Positions 13,299 to 23,896 of a stretch of DNA of 48,311 nucleotides are shown here, one piece after another. The first letter of the stretch is position 1, and the number at the start of each line of letters is the position of its first letter. This stretch comes from Dimargaris cristalligena (taxonomy: Eukaryota). The translations under genes and the position numbers were made by a program. Under the pieces are notes generated by a model. It was not told where the DNA came from. It made no database searches and saw only the letters and a list, made by a program, of their open reading frames with translations. Location: positions 1-48,311 of the forward strand of contig ML002279.1 in NCBI GenBank assembly GCA_003614675.1, written 5' to 3'.

Positions 13299-16097
13299 AT
13301 GTTGTACCGATTTTTCGTCCTCCTCGTCTACCTATTTTCCCAACTGGTTTACTTATGCCACACTGGTCTCCCACCGCCACCCGCTATGAGTGTGCTCACG
13401 CCAGTGGCCTATCCCATTTTGCCTTCATTTTCCGAGCCGCCCTCCACCCTTTACATCTCTACTTCCTCGTCTGCTTCTTCTTCCACCGATTTTTCCACCA
13501 GCGACATTGTCCGCCGCGGCCTACCCTCTAACATCCCCCCGCCCCGCAACTCGTGGCGTAAACTCAAGGGGCTTGTGACCGCTAAATTACTGTTCGGACC
13601 TAAGCGTCGTCGTTCCAAGGGCAGTCAAGAGTTCTTCCGCCTTAACCTGGAGAGCCTTCCGCAGGAATCGGTGGTGGTGCCGCCGGTCGCCCACCCCCAG
13701 ATCTGTTCCGTCGACACCCGCCGGCCCACCCTCGAGTCCAGCCATTTCTATAAGCTGAGCTCGGGCTGGGACCTCCGTTCGGTCCGGCTCGACTACGCCA
13801 GTCACTGTTTCAGCTGGGCCCATCTGGGCCGGTCCCGGAAAGTCCTGCCCTTTGAGGACATTCTGGGCGTCCGCGTGGGGGAGGAGGTCGACTGGATCCT
13901 CACCGAGTTGGATGAGGAAACGGTGGCCTCACCCTACCGCCTGTGCATTTTTTACCTCGAGCAGGCCCGGCCCCGCAACCTCTGTCTGGCCGTGGACGAC
14001 ATCGTCACCCTCCACGTGTGGTACAATGCCCTCGTGGAGATTATCCGCAATCGATCGGACCTAGACACCGCCGAGCTCTACCGCCTCCATGCCCTGGTCT
14101 GGACCCAGCGGGCCGCTACCGGGACCGCCGGCCGGGGTACCCAAATCTTACCGTCTCTCTCCTCCGCCACCTTTGAGTCGGGCATTCCCGAGCTGTGGCC
14201 CGTCTTCGAGCACTACTCAACCCTGGTGGATGCCAATAATTCCACCCGCTACATGCCCATTGATCATTTCCACAAGTTCCTCACCAGCGCCCAGCAGGAA
14301 GAAATTACGCTGGAAGCGGCCCACGCTCGGCTAACCCACTTCGCCGGTCGGCCCTGGCTTTTCTTCCCCGAGTTCAGCGCCTACGTCACCTCGTTCGTCA
14401 ATGCCATGCGCAATCCGGTGGCTGTGGCCCCCGTCGATGCCAGCCTACCACTCTCCCAGTATTTTATCAAGTCCTCCCACAACACCTACCTAACCGGTAA
14501 CCAATTCTCGAGCAAGTCTTCCATCGACGCCTATATTCTGCCCCTGTTGGCGGGCTGCCGGTCCGTCGAGATTGACGTGCTGGACTACAAGAACGAACCC
14601 TACGTTTACCACGGCTATACCTTTACCAGCCGCATCCCCTTCAAGCTGGTGCTGCAGGTCATTCGCAAGTACGCCTTCGTCACCTCGGACTTTCCCCTGA
14701 CCCTTTCCCTCGAGACCCACTGCAAGGCCCCCCAGCAGATCAAGATGGCCCAGTATATGCGCGATGTCCTGGGTGAGCTCCTGGTCACCGAATCTCTGGA
14801 TGCGGAGGTTATGGACCTCCCGTCCCCCGAGCAACTGAGCCGCCGCATTCTAATTAAGAATAAAGCGGCTGCCGCCCACGATCCGAATAGCACCCGCCCG
14901 CTCCCCGATGCCGAGCGCCACCACTCGGCCCAATCCAGCAGTGACGGGACCAACTCCAGCATGCCTGAGGCCAAGGGCGGCCCGAGCAGCAGCATCCTTT
15001 CCAAAAAGGTCAAGTTCGTGAGTGACCTGGCCCAGCTGAACGTCTACCACCAGGGGAGCCGGTTGCCCAAGCTGCCCCGGTCCAGCGACTCCCCGGACCT
15101 GGGACCCTTCCAGCCCCATTTTGACCAGATCTTCTCCCTGCCCGAGAACAAGCTGGCCAGTTACCAAAATGACTTCGACCGCTTGGTGCGCATCACTTCA
15201 ACCAATATTATCCGCACCTTCCCCAAATACACCCGCGTGTTCTCCGGTAATTACAACCCCCTATCCTTCTGGGCGGTCGGATCCCAAATGGTGGCCCTGA
15301 ACTACCAGAGCTTCGACTTTCACACCCAGATGAACCAGGCTCTGTTCCACCCTGGTAATCGGGCCGGCTATTTGCTGAAACCGGACCACCTTCGTTATCC
15401 GACCGAACCCGACCGCTGGGACGGCCCTCCCACAACCACACTGTCCATCCGGGTGTTGGCCGTTATGCATTTGCCCGAATTTTACGACCGGTCCCAGGAC
15501 CCCGAACTCCTGGTCGAACACGTCGCCCCGAACCCGGAGACCCTGGCCCAACTGACCAATCTCGCTGGGACTTCCGACCAGGTGTACGAAAAGCTGGAGC
15601 GGATCCACGGCCATGACGTTCGCCTGCACCTCACGTCCTCCAGCTCCTCGCGCCCCTCCAATACGGACAATTGGGTGACCCCCATGAGCAACCACCCCAT
15701 TACCCCAGACGATCTGCCCCGGTCAACGGGTCCAGCTACCACTACGTCCGCGCGCCGGCCGTCCCCACGTGGACGGGGGAGCAGCGGTTCAAACTCCCGA
15801 TTGAGCTCCAGCGATCCAACCATGTTGGACGACATGCGCGTGGGTGGTACCCCCCTGCAGTTCATTCGCTTCATTGTGCGGGACAAGGACGAGGTTTTGG
15901 CATCGGCCACTCTACGGGCGGATACCTTTGAGTGTGGCTACCGGGTCGTGCCCCTCGAAACCTTCGTGGAGGGCGGGTCCAAATCCGCTAGCGTATTAAT
16001 TGAAGTGAAGTGTCCCGTGTATTCCGATCATCCGCCGGTGATCCCTAAGCTAGTATTACAGTCCCCCATGGAAATACCGCCCATCCCCATCGACTAA
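13299..16097 (+). CDS. PLC1: Phosphoinositide-specific phospholipase C (delta-like: PH, EF-hand-like, X, Y, C2 domains)
   Basis: 932-aa intronless ORF. X box LSQYFIKSSHNTYLTGNQF...GCRSVEIDVLD...VYHGYTFTS...LSLETHC...LPSPEQLSRRILIKNK keeps the catalytic His/Glu/Asp residues. Y box IRTFPKYTRVFSGNYNPLSFWAVGSQMVALNYQ...GYLLKP. C-terminal C2 remnant FIRFIVRDKD...GYRVVPL. Start is uncertain: ATG 13299 or ATG 13386 (MSVLT). Confidence 0.95.
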   Translation: MLYRFFVLLVYLFSQLVYLCHTGLPPPPAMSVLTPVAYPILPSFSEPPSTLYISTSSSASSSTDFSTSDIVRRGLPSNIPPPRNSWRKLKGLVTAKLLFGPKRRRSKGSQEFFRLNLESLPQESVVVPPVAHPQICSVDTRRPTLESSHFYKLSSGWDLRSVRLDYASHCFSWAHLGRSRKVLPFEDILGVRVGEEVDWILTELDEETVASPYRLCIFYLEQARPRNLCLAVDDIVTLHVWYNALVEIIRNRSDLDTAELYRLHALVWTQRAATGTAGRGTQILPSLSSATFESGIPELWPVFEHYSTLVDANNSTRYMPIDHFHKFLTSAQQEEITLEAAHARLTHFAGRPWLFFPEFSAYVTSFVNAMRNPVAVAPVDASLPLSQYFIKSSHNTYLTGNQFSSKSSIDAYILPLLAGCRSVEIDVLDYKNEPYVYHGYTFTSRIPFKLVLQVIRKYAFVTSDFPLTLSLETHCKAPQQIKMAQYMRDVLGELLVTESLDAEVMDLPSPEQLSRRILIKNKAAAAHDPNSTRPLPDAERHHSAQSSSDGTNSSMPEAKGGPSSSILSKKVKFVSDLAQLNVYHQGSRLPKLPRSSDSPDLGPFQPHFDQIFSLPENKLASYQNDFDRLVRITSTNIIRTFPKYTRVFSGNYNPLSFWAVGSQMVALNYQSFDFHTQMNQALFHPGNRAGYLLKPDHLRYPTEPDRWDGPPTTTLSIRVLAVMHLPEFYDRSQDPELLVEHVAPNPETLAQLTNLAGTSDQVYEKLERIHGHDVRLHLTSSSSSRPSNTDNWVTPMSNHPITPDDLPRSTGPATTTSARRPSPRGRGSSGSNSRLSSSDPTMLDDMRVGGTPLQFIRFIVRDKDEVLASATLRADTFECGYRVVPLETFVEGGSKSASVLIEVKCPVYSDHPPVIPKLVLQSPMEIPPIPID

Positions 16098-18240
16098 TCC
16101 GAGCAGGGGCGCGGGTGCTAAGGAGAGACGGGGATAGTTGGAATTGTCACCGGACATCCCTCCCCTTCGTCATTATTGCTTCCTGGTCGTATAGAATCCC
16201 ATTTGTACACTGTGGTGGTACTACCCCAATCGACTCACGACACCTACGGTCCATTACATGACTGTTCGACGCCCATTTGACCTCTTCCGTGCTCTCTCTC
16301 TACCTACTCGAGTGGCCGAATCAGGTGTTATCACCCGTTTTGTTACACGCCCGCATTTTAAATGGGCGACAGTGACTTCCACTTCCGAACAGTCAGGTGA
16401 CGGTGCTTAATTCGGAATGCGCACCCTTACAGTACCCTCATATGACACGAGCCAGTGGGTAATCCTTTTAGCCCGATCAACCTAACTATATAGTCTTCCA
16501 TTTAGCTTACTAGCTTTGCCCAAAAACCACCCTTTCCACACTGTATTTATCCACCACTGGCAACCGCAGTGTAAGCCGACCTTGATTGCACTCTCGTTTC
16601 CCCCTCCCCAACATGGATTTTCTTTTTAAAATTTTTGCATCAATATTGCCTTAGGCATACCCCTCCTTTTCAATCCCAGTTTCATTTTACCCTCCTAGAT
16701 TACAGCCATTCCCACCACTAGAGCACATTCCTTTTATTGTCTCTCTCTCTCTCTCTCTCCTCCCCCACACATTTATTGCATCATTATTACTGTTGGGTTG
16801 TGACACCTTCCCAACCATTCGCTTTCATTCCCATTATTTACCTTACTGTTATCCCCTCCCCTCTCTCTTTAATGCTTTCAGCCTTTTCTTATTAGTACAT
16901 TCCTGATCTGTTGCTGGTCAACACCCAACATGCCCGATACCCTGTCCCTCCCTCCACGGCGGCGGCCTGTATGTTGTTGATCCCTTAAAATTTGAGAGTA
17001 CACCACAGTATATGTGTGTAAATGTCCCTATACTCTCGTCATTTCTATATATTTGATTTTGTTTTTTCTTTTTAATTGGTGGCAATATCGACCCTGTCGG
17101 TACGACCGGACTAGTATAACATCCATTTCTAGCCCCTTTTCCACCTCCTGCACCATTACACTGTGAATGTTGAAGATCGATCAATAGCCACTCTAGGTCA
17201 ACGAGGAGGGTATTAGGGACAAAGATAGTGAGTAGGTGTGTGTGTATATGGTTGCTAGAGGATCAATTTCCCTCCATCTGGCGCCAGTGTCCAATTTTAC
17301 TTGCCTTTCGGATTGTTGTTTTTTGGTTGTTTGAGTCCCTGGGCACCTTCCAGCCCAACCCCGTCTGTACGTTAGTGAATTCCGTTTATTTATATTTTAG
17401 CCCCCCAAAAAAAGAAAAATTGTGTGTGTGTGTGTGTGTGTTGTTTCGACCATTTTATACTCTCCTCCCCCCCGTTTTTGAATTGCTAGTAGGGCATTAA
17501 GGCTTCATGGTGGGTCAATAAAAGTCGTCCCTTTTTAAATTTTTTTTGGTTTATTACCAACAACTAGACATACATCTATCTATCTATCTATACAAATATA
17601 CATATTTCGCATCCTATCTATATTCCTCGATTTGCAGAGTAATAGTATATTGAAGCAATATTAATAGCTAGGAAGATTAGTTTATTTGGCGGTCACGCAA
17701 TGATGTGGTTATTAGCGGATTGTTTACTATTGATTATTATCGGCTGGATAATTTTCAGGTTGACATTGCGACCTGTAACATGCAGTTACGGGGGACAGTA
17801 TGGCTCGGACATTTATATGACTAGAAAACCCAAGTATTTCCGACTGCAAGATATTTTACATATCCGCTAACCCTGACATGTCGGGATGTGATGGCCCACA
17901 TGGAACCGCGCAGGTTTCAGGTTATAAATAAAAAAACCCAGAAGGTAAGAGGGGGCATGGATTATAGTATACATACAGCGTTAACTGTGTTAACGCTGAT
18001 GGAAGGGCCTCCACTGTAATGAGCGGTGGCCCTAACTACTAAAGCTACCATCTGATATTGTCGTCCGCATTACTATATATATATATTTAAAAAAAAACTG
18101 AAAAGAAATAATGGATACAATTAAATGCAGTTGGATAAAAATAAATTAAACCAACTAGTACAGCTAACCCATGTCTTTGGAATAGAAAGTATTGAAAAAT
18201 ACAGGCAATTTACCTGCCCGATCAGAGACCTACATTGTTT

Positions 18241-18384
18241 ATATGGGAGAAATTCATTCAGGCTGTATAACAAAAAATCCATTTGATGAGGCAAATACTA
18301 CTGGTTGAAAATAAACATCCCATCGATTTCCTTATACGCTTATCAGGTAAAACCTTATACAATTGAGCTAAACTTCACCCATAT
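18241..18384. mobile_element. MITE (~140 bp, imperfect ~28-bp TIRs, TA flanks), copy 1
   Basis: ATATGGGAGAAATTCATTCAGGCTGTATAA...TTATACAATTGAGCTAAACTTCACCCATAT. Internal motif CAAATACTACTGGTTGAAAATAAA is shared with the other copies. Confidence 0.75.
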
Positions 18385-18776
18385 TCAATTGGGGTTCCGA
18401 CATTCTAAATGGAATTCACCAACTCGGAAGGAATTTGAATTCAGCCCGTGTATCTGATATAAGCTTGGAGACTATCGGTATGTTAAATGGTCCATAAAGG
18501 TATCTAATACATTTTTCTATTTCGGTGCATTTCGCCAGATCGTCTATACAATCGTGGAACACGGACTATAAGATATATTAATTATAACGACTATAGGAAG
18601 GCCCTGAATTTCCATTGAAGAGCTTCAACAGGGGTAGCTTAGATAGCCCTATCCGTGGTTGATACTGTCAATTATCTTCAAAAAATAATCATCGTCAAAC
18701 ACCCAGTCAAACTCCTGTACAAATAAGTGTTTGTTTCACTAACACAAAATAGTAATCCCGGGAATGGAATGAAGGT

Positions 18777-20770
18777 CTAGAGATTGAGACTCGCGGTGCC
18801 CAGTTCATCCTCGTCGGCTTTACTTCGGTCCGAACTAAATTGGTGGCGACTCAAATTAAGAGGGGCAATTAGATCCAGGTACCAGAAACGGCCCCCACTT
18901 CTCAGTTCAAGCAGAATGGCTTCCAGGGACTCATCCGGATACCCCTTACCCACCGAATTGGAGCAGGGGGCCGTTTCCGGGCATGTTTGGCTATGGGCGG
19001 TTGCTCGCGGGGTATCCAAGACATGAGAAATAAGGGAGTCCAGGTCCGCGAAACTATGTACACCCTCCTCGTCTTGATGTAATGACAGTAATGCCAGCTT
19101 AGAAGAGATCCCCGTCGACTCTTGTGCAGCAGCCTTGCACTGTCTGTACCAATGTGTCAGTTCTACGGGTACTGCATCAGGTGCTTTGCTAAATGTATCT
19201 ACATCCAGGCGGGCGTCCTTGTCACCTGGATACAGTTCATGGCAATAGAACTGGCTGGCCTGCGCCAGCAATTGTTCAATGGCCGTAAGTTCCCGCTGTA
19301 TTTTGATGGACACGAAGGTCAGGGTGGACGAGGTAGGCCAATGGGCATTTGCAAGCAAGAACTGAGCCTTCTTAAATGCCTGAATGGCGAAAAGGGTTAG
19401 AATGGCGAGGCCATCCTGGTTCCCAGACTGGGTAGGCGTAGGGGGTACCGATCCAAAATGGGCCAGACCTTTGGTCAGTAGATCTTCGGGTAGCCGGTAA
19501 TCCAGTAGAAGCCCGTCGAGTAAGTCGCCCGTCAGCGAAGATGCCTCTAAACCACGTTGGAAGAAAGTGTGCTCAGTATTGCCAATCGACTGGGCTGACT
19601 GTACATAGAGGTGGTTGACTACACCCATTAAGAAAGTCAATCCCACCAGGTACCATGCGTGGTGATCATTCTTCCTCAGCGACAGAAATTGTCGAAAATC
19701 GGACAAGGCCGCTAGAAGTACGTACATCCCGATATATCGGTTGGGTTAAATATAATGAAGACAAAAACCATTAAAGGGAGTGGTGGTTAGATGTATATTT
19801 GGGATATACTTGATCGATCATTGATAAAATTATGCGTGGCCCGTTAAATCAAACCCCGGGCTTTATAATCCAACTGTTGGAATACTAACCTGCATAAGAT
19901 CTTGTGGCAAGGTTGAGGCGTCCCCGAATATAAAACGGCCCTGGATCCTGGTTGATTGTCTGAGATATAGGGGAGAACCGTAACATCGCAAACATACATA
20001 GATAATATTAACACCTACTAGTGATTGGATTGAAACACAAACAAATTTGATGTTTAAGATAATTAACGCCGATGGGGTTTAATATAAAAAGTGCATTCCA
20101 AAAACTTTATCAAATATACTTACTACACCATCGATCAGCGTCTTCACGCTCTTAAAATCGCCCATTCTTAGAGCACATTCAGCCGCGGTAAATACCGTGT
20201 CAGAGCAAAATACATAATTTCGGCCGTTCGTCGAACCATTCTCTGCGGCCGATATAAATTCTTTACAAAGGGCGAAGGTTTCTGGGTACCGCTCCTGGTA
20301 ATATAAATAGTCGATGCATTCCCGAATCTCATTCGGGCCGTGCTTTTCGGCAAACCAGACGGTGACTGGCTTCTGACCTAACAGCAGTAATCCGTGCTAG
20401 TTGATGGATCGGGGTGGTGACAAAAGTAAGTGGTGCCGAATTGACAAAATTAATTAAATGCGTATTAGTATTGCTTTTCATTGTGTGAATTGCAAGACGA
20501 TTAGCTAAACCAACTCAGGCACAACACCCGAGCCATTAAAAGCCTGGGTCAATGATGAATCGAGGGTGGGTATGCTGGACTCGATGGCCATGGGGTGTCA
20601 TAACTTACTCCGGGGGTTACTTGTTTAGCTTCGTACATATCCAACTGCGGTTGGAGGTTAAACTTCAGACGTTCGGCCTGGCGGTCAACCGAATCCCCAA
20701 ACAACTCCAAGTCGTCCTCATCGTCCGAGCCACCGAACTGGAAAATGCCGTGGGATTCATTGGCGTCCAT
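18777..20770 (-). CDS. C8orf76-like TPR-repeat protein, 4 exons, ~479 aa
   Basis: Manually spliced exons 20770-20609, 20396-20124, 19959-19890 and 19711-18777. Donors GTAAGT/GTAAGT/GTTAGT and acceptors TAG/CAG/TAG have consistent phases (1440 nt total). Acidic N-terminus (FGGSDDEDDLELFGDS...YEAKQVTPG...WF), DYLYYQERY, and FLSLRKNDHHAW resemble my recollection of the C8orf76 family (YCAKLCEPQWF / GDLAYRRQEY / LISLHPFNPWNW). The gene model is firmer than the family call. Confidence 0.75.
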
Positions 20771-21344
20771 GGGAAAAGTCAGAAAGAGCCGTTGGCTATA
20801 CTCCTTGGGTAAGTTGTGGTATACCCTAACTTCTCGACAAGCGGAGGAAATGGGTGCTATTACGTTTGAGAATAAAGAGTAGTATGGGCAGTCGTGAGGG
20901 CAGTTAAAGCTGGTTTGGCCCGGTGAATTCGCGACTTGCAAATAAAAAGCAGAGAAGTGAGACAGACTGGATGCTATTTTAAAATAAATGTATGCAATGG
21001 GTAGGGCGGATAAATGAGAGGGAAGGTCACAGTAGTTGCCTTGGCTTTGAGAAAGTCGGCAAACTAGGCTGGCTTATTCATTGCCGGTGGGGAAAAAAAT
21101 CGGTCGCGAGGTATGTGCACCCGAGGATACCTCTAAATAATTTATAGAGGAGAGGGAGGAAGGAAACCCTTTAACGAGCTTTAGCCCATGTACTGGTGTA
21201 ACCTACGATCAGCCTCGTCCTTCCCCACCCATCCCCCAGTTCTTTATCGACTTCGCCCTCCTTTTTAGCTGCTACCGTTTGGTTTTATTTTCCTTAAATA
21301 AACGTTATACTTTTTACGCGTATTATATAACTCCCTCCGGTGCC
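20771..21344. promoter_or_regulatory. Divergent (probably bidirectional) promoter between the C8orf76-like gene and TRM11
   Basis: The two head-to-head start codons are only 574 bp apart in an otherwise gene-sparse region. Confidence 0.6.
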
Positions 21345-23238
21345 ATGCCACGCTACCTCGTCCATTTCGCTCAATTCCACGAGGACTTCCGACTGGCTGA
21401 GCTCGAGGCTCTGGCCCAATTGGAGAATATCCCGTTGAAGTACGAGCCCGATGCCTACAGCAACGACAATCCCTTTCTCCTGGTCGAACTGCCCTCCAAC
21501 GAAGATGCCCGGCGGCTTGTGCAGCGTGCTATCCTAGTCAAAGAGATTTGCGAGTACTGGGGTAGTGGCGATAGCTATGACAGTCTCTTTGCGCATTTGA
21601 AGACCACTCCAGAACGCTGGGTAAGGAAGAGGCCATATGGGCACTACTATGGTTCGCTGTCGGCTTTGAGCGAAATAATGCCATATACCACTGCTTCAGG
21701 CCCAAAGCCAGCGTTATATAAGGTCGTTCCTTGAAGGTTGTGGGTTGGTAAAACAGCCCTCAACCTAATTCACCAGTAACAACTACTAACCCCCCCCACC
21801 TATTTTTCTTCTAATACCCTAAAACCGACGCACCTTGTAATTGGTGGATTATGGACTATAGGATGATTTCAAAACGTGCTCATTCAAGTTCCTGGTCAAG
21901 GCCTTCGGGGGAACCCGCACCATTAAGGAGCAGATCAAAATCATCAACACCTTTTCCTTCCTGGCGTTCGAGGGGCCGATTGATCTTAAGAACCCCGACG
22001 AGGTGTTTATTGTTTACGAAGACTATGGCAACGATCCCATTCTCCAAAAAGCCTTGACCAACCCCAACGAAATCCATTTTGGCCGTTTGGTACGTGGCAT
22101 TCAGACCATTTTTAAGTGACTGACTTGACTGAAATGTAGCATAGAGTATACACCCCCCCCCGAAATTAAGAACCAAATTTGCTAACTCCACACTCAATGT
22201 CCCAATTTTATCGGCTTATTGTTATGTCAACCTATGTAGATTGCGTATAGTAATCGCGATGTTGTCCAAACCTACAATCTCAAAAAACGGGAATATCTGG
22301 GGAATACGTCCATGGACGCCGAGCTGTCCCTGGTCATGGCCAATCAGGCTCTAGCCCGACCAGGCACCATCACGTACGACCCTTTTGTAGGCACGGGCAG
22401 TTTCCTCCTGACCTGCGCCCACTTTGGGGCCTTCACCATGGGCTCGGATATTGATGGGCGGCAGATTCGGGGCGCCCGGGGGGAGACCGACGGCATCAAG
22501 ACCAACATCAAGCAGTACGGTCTCGACAAGCTCATTCTGGACACTCTGGTGTTCGACATCAGCCGCAACCCCTGGCGTCAAAACAACAGTGGGGGTACCA
22601 GTACCCGGGGCGGACCCTGGTTCGACGCCATTGTGACCGACCCCCCCTATGGGGTGCGGGCCGGGGCTAAGCGACTGGGTCGGAAGACTGGTTTGAACCC
22701 CGAGCTCAGTTTCGTCGAGGTCGAGGGTACGGTCAATCACCTCCGCTCCGACTATTACCCCCCGACCGTACCTTACGAAATGTCCGAGGTACTCACTGAT
22801 CTTCTGGAATTTGCGGCCCGGCACTTGGTAGTAGGGGGTCGCCTAGTCTACTGGCTTCCGACGGTGGTGGACGAGTATTCGTCCGACGATGTACCTCTCC
22901 ACCCGTGCCTGGAATTGAAGGCTAACAGCGAACAGAACTTCGGCTCGTGGTCGCGCCGCCTCATTACGATGGAAAAGTCCCGGGACTGGTGCTTGGATCT
23001 CAACCGGGCTTCATCGCATTACGTGGAACCCCCCGCTGAGCAAACCCGGCGGAAAAGGGAGAATCTCACCGGTGCCACCATCGCGGCTGCGCAGGTCTCC
23101 GACGAAACAGCGAAATCGACTCCACCAGTCCAGCTCGGCCACTACAACTTCAGAGAAAAGTACTTTTCCAAGTTTGACTCCAATTCCGGTTCGAGTACAC
23201 CGAATGAGGCCGTTATCCCGGCGGAACCAACTTCATAA
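21345..23238 (+). CDS. TRM11: tRNA (guanine(10)-N2)-methyltransferase catalytic subunit, 3 exons, ~500 aa
   Basis: Exons 21345-21620, 21862-22089 and 22240-23238 (phase-0 introns GTAAGG..TAG and GTACGT..TAG). Motifs: MPRYLVHFAQFHEDFRLAELEAL, FEGPIDLKNPD, YNLKKREYLGNTSMDAELSLVMANQA, SAM-binding YDPFVGTGS, GSDIDGR, DAIVTDPPYGVRAG. Confidence 0.96.
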
Positions 23239-23638
23239 ATTGCCCTCAATTGGGCACCGATCATCATGGTGGCTTTTACGACCTTTTTCTTTTCTTTTAG
23301 ATACTGAACCAGTATGATTATTTTATCATTTAAAAAGGGATCCCGAGATGTGGTTCCTTTACTAAACCAGCATTAATATTTCTTTATTTACTTGCCTTCT
23401 TTTAGTTTCTTTCAGGGCTGTTCGACTATCTAATATTCGCAGTTTGTCGCTACTCGGTGAACCCGCGCTAGATACATTTTACTTGATTACGCCCACATAT
23501 TAAAGTATTTAATTACTGGCGCTGTCTATATGTTTGCTTTCTTTTAAAAAAACCCATTACACCTCCATAGTAAATACATCCAACACTTATTTATTTCCAG
23601 CCCTACTTTTAAATGGATTTTAAAGAAACTACGATTCG

Positions 23639-23755
23639 ATATGGGGGATATTCAACCAGACTGTATAACGAAATATCTGATAGATGTGGTATATACTGCT
23701 AGTTAAAAATGAATCCTCTCGCATAGTTTCCCATGCCAATATCAATTGCAACTTT
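23639..23755. mobile_element. MITE copy 2 (3'-truncated, abutting copy 3)
   Basis: ATATGGGGGATATTCAACCAGACTGTATAA...ATACTGCTAGTTAAAAATGAAT...; the right TIR is missing where copy 3 begins. Confidence 0.65.
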
Positions 23756-23896
23756 ATATGGGAGAAGTTCGACCAAGCTGTATAGCAGAGAATCCGGTGG
23801 GTGATGCAAATACTCTTTGTTAAAAATGAATATACCGCGTAGTTTACCCTATACGTCGCGCTTATAACATGTACCCGGCCCGAATTTCACCCATAT
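23756..23896. mobile_element. MITE copy 3
   Basis: ATATGGGAGAAGTTCGACCAAGCTGTATAG...CCCGGCCCGAATTTCACCCATAT. Confidence 0.75.
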
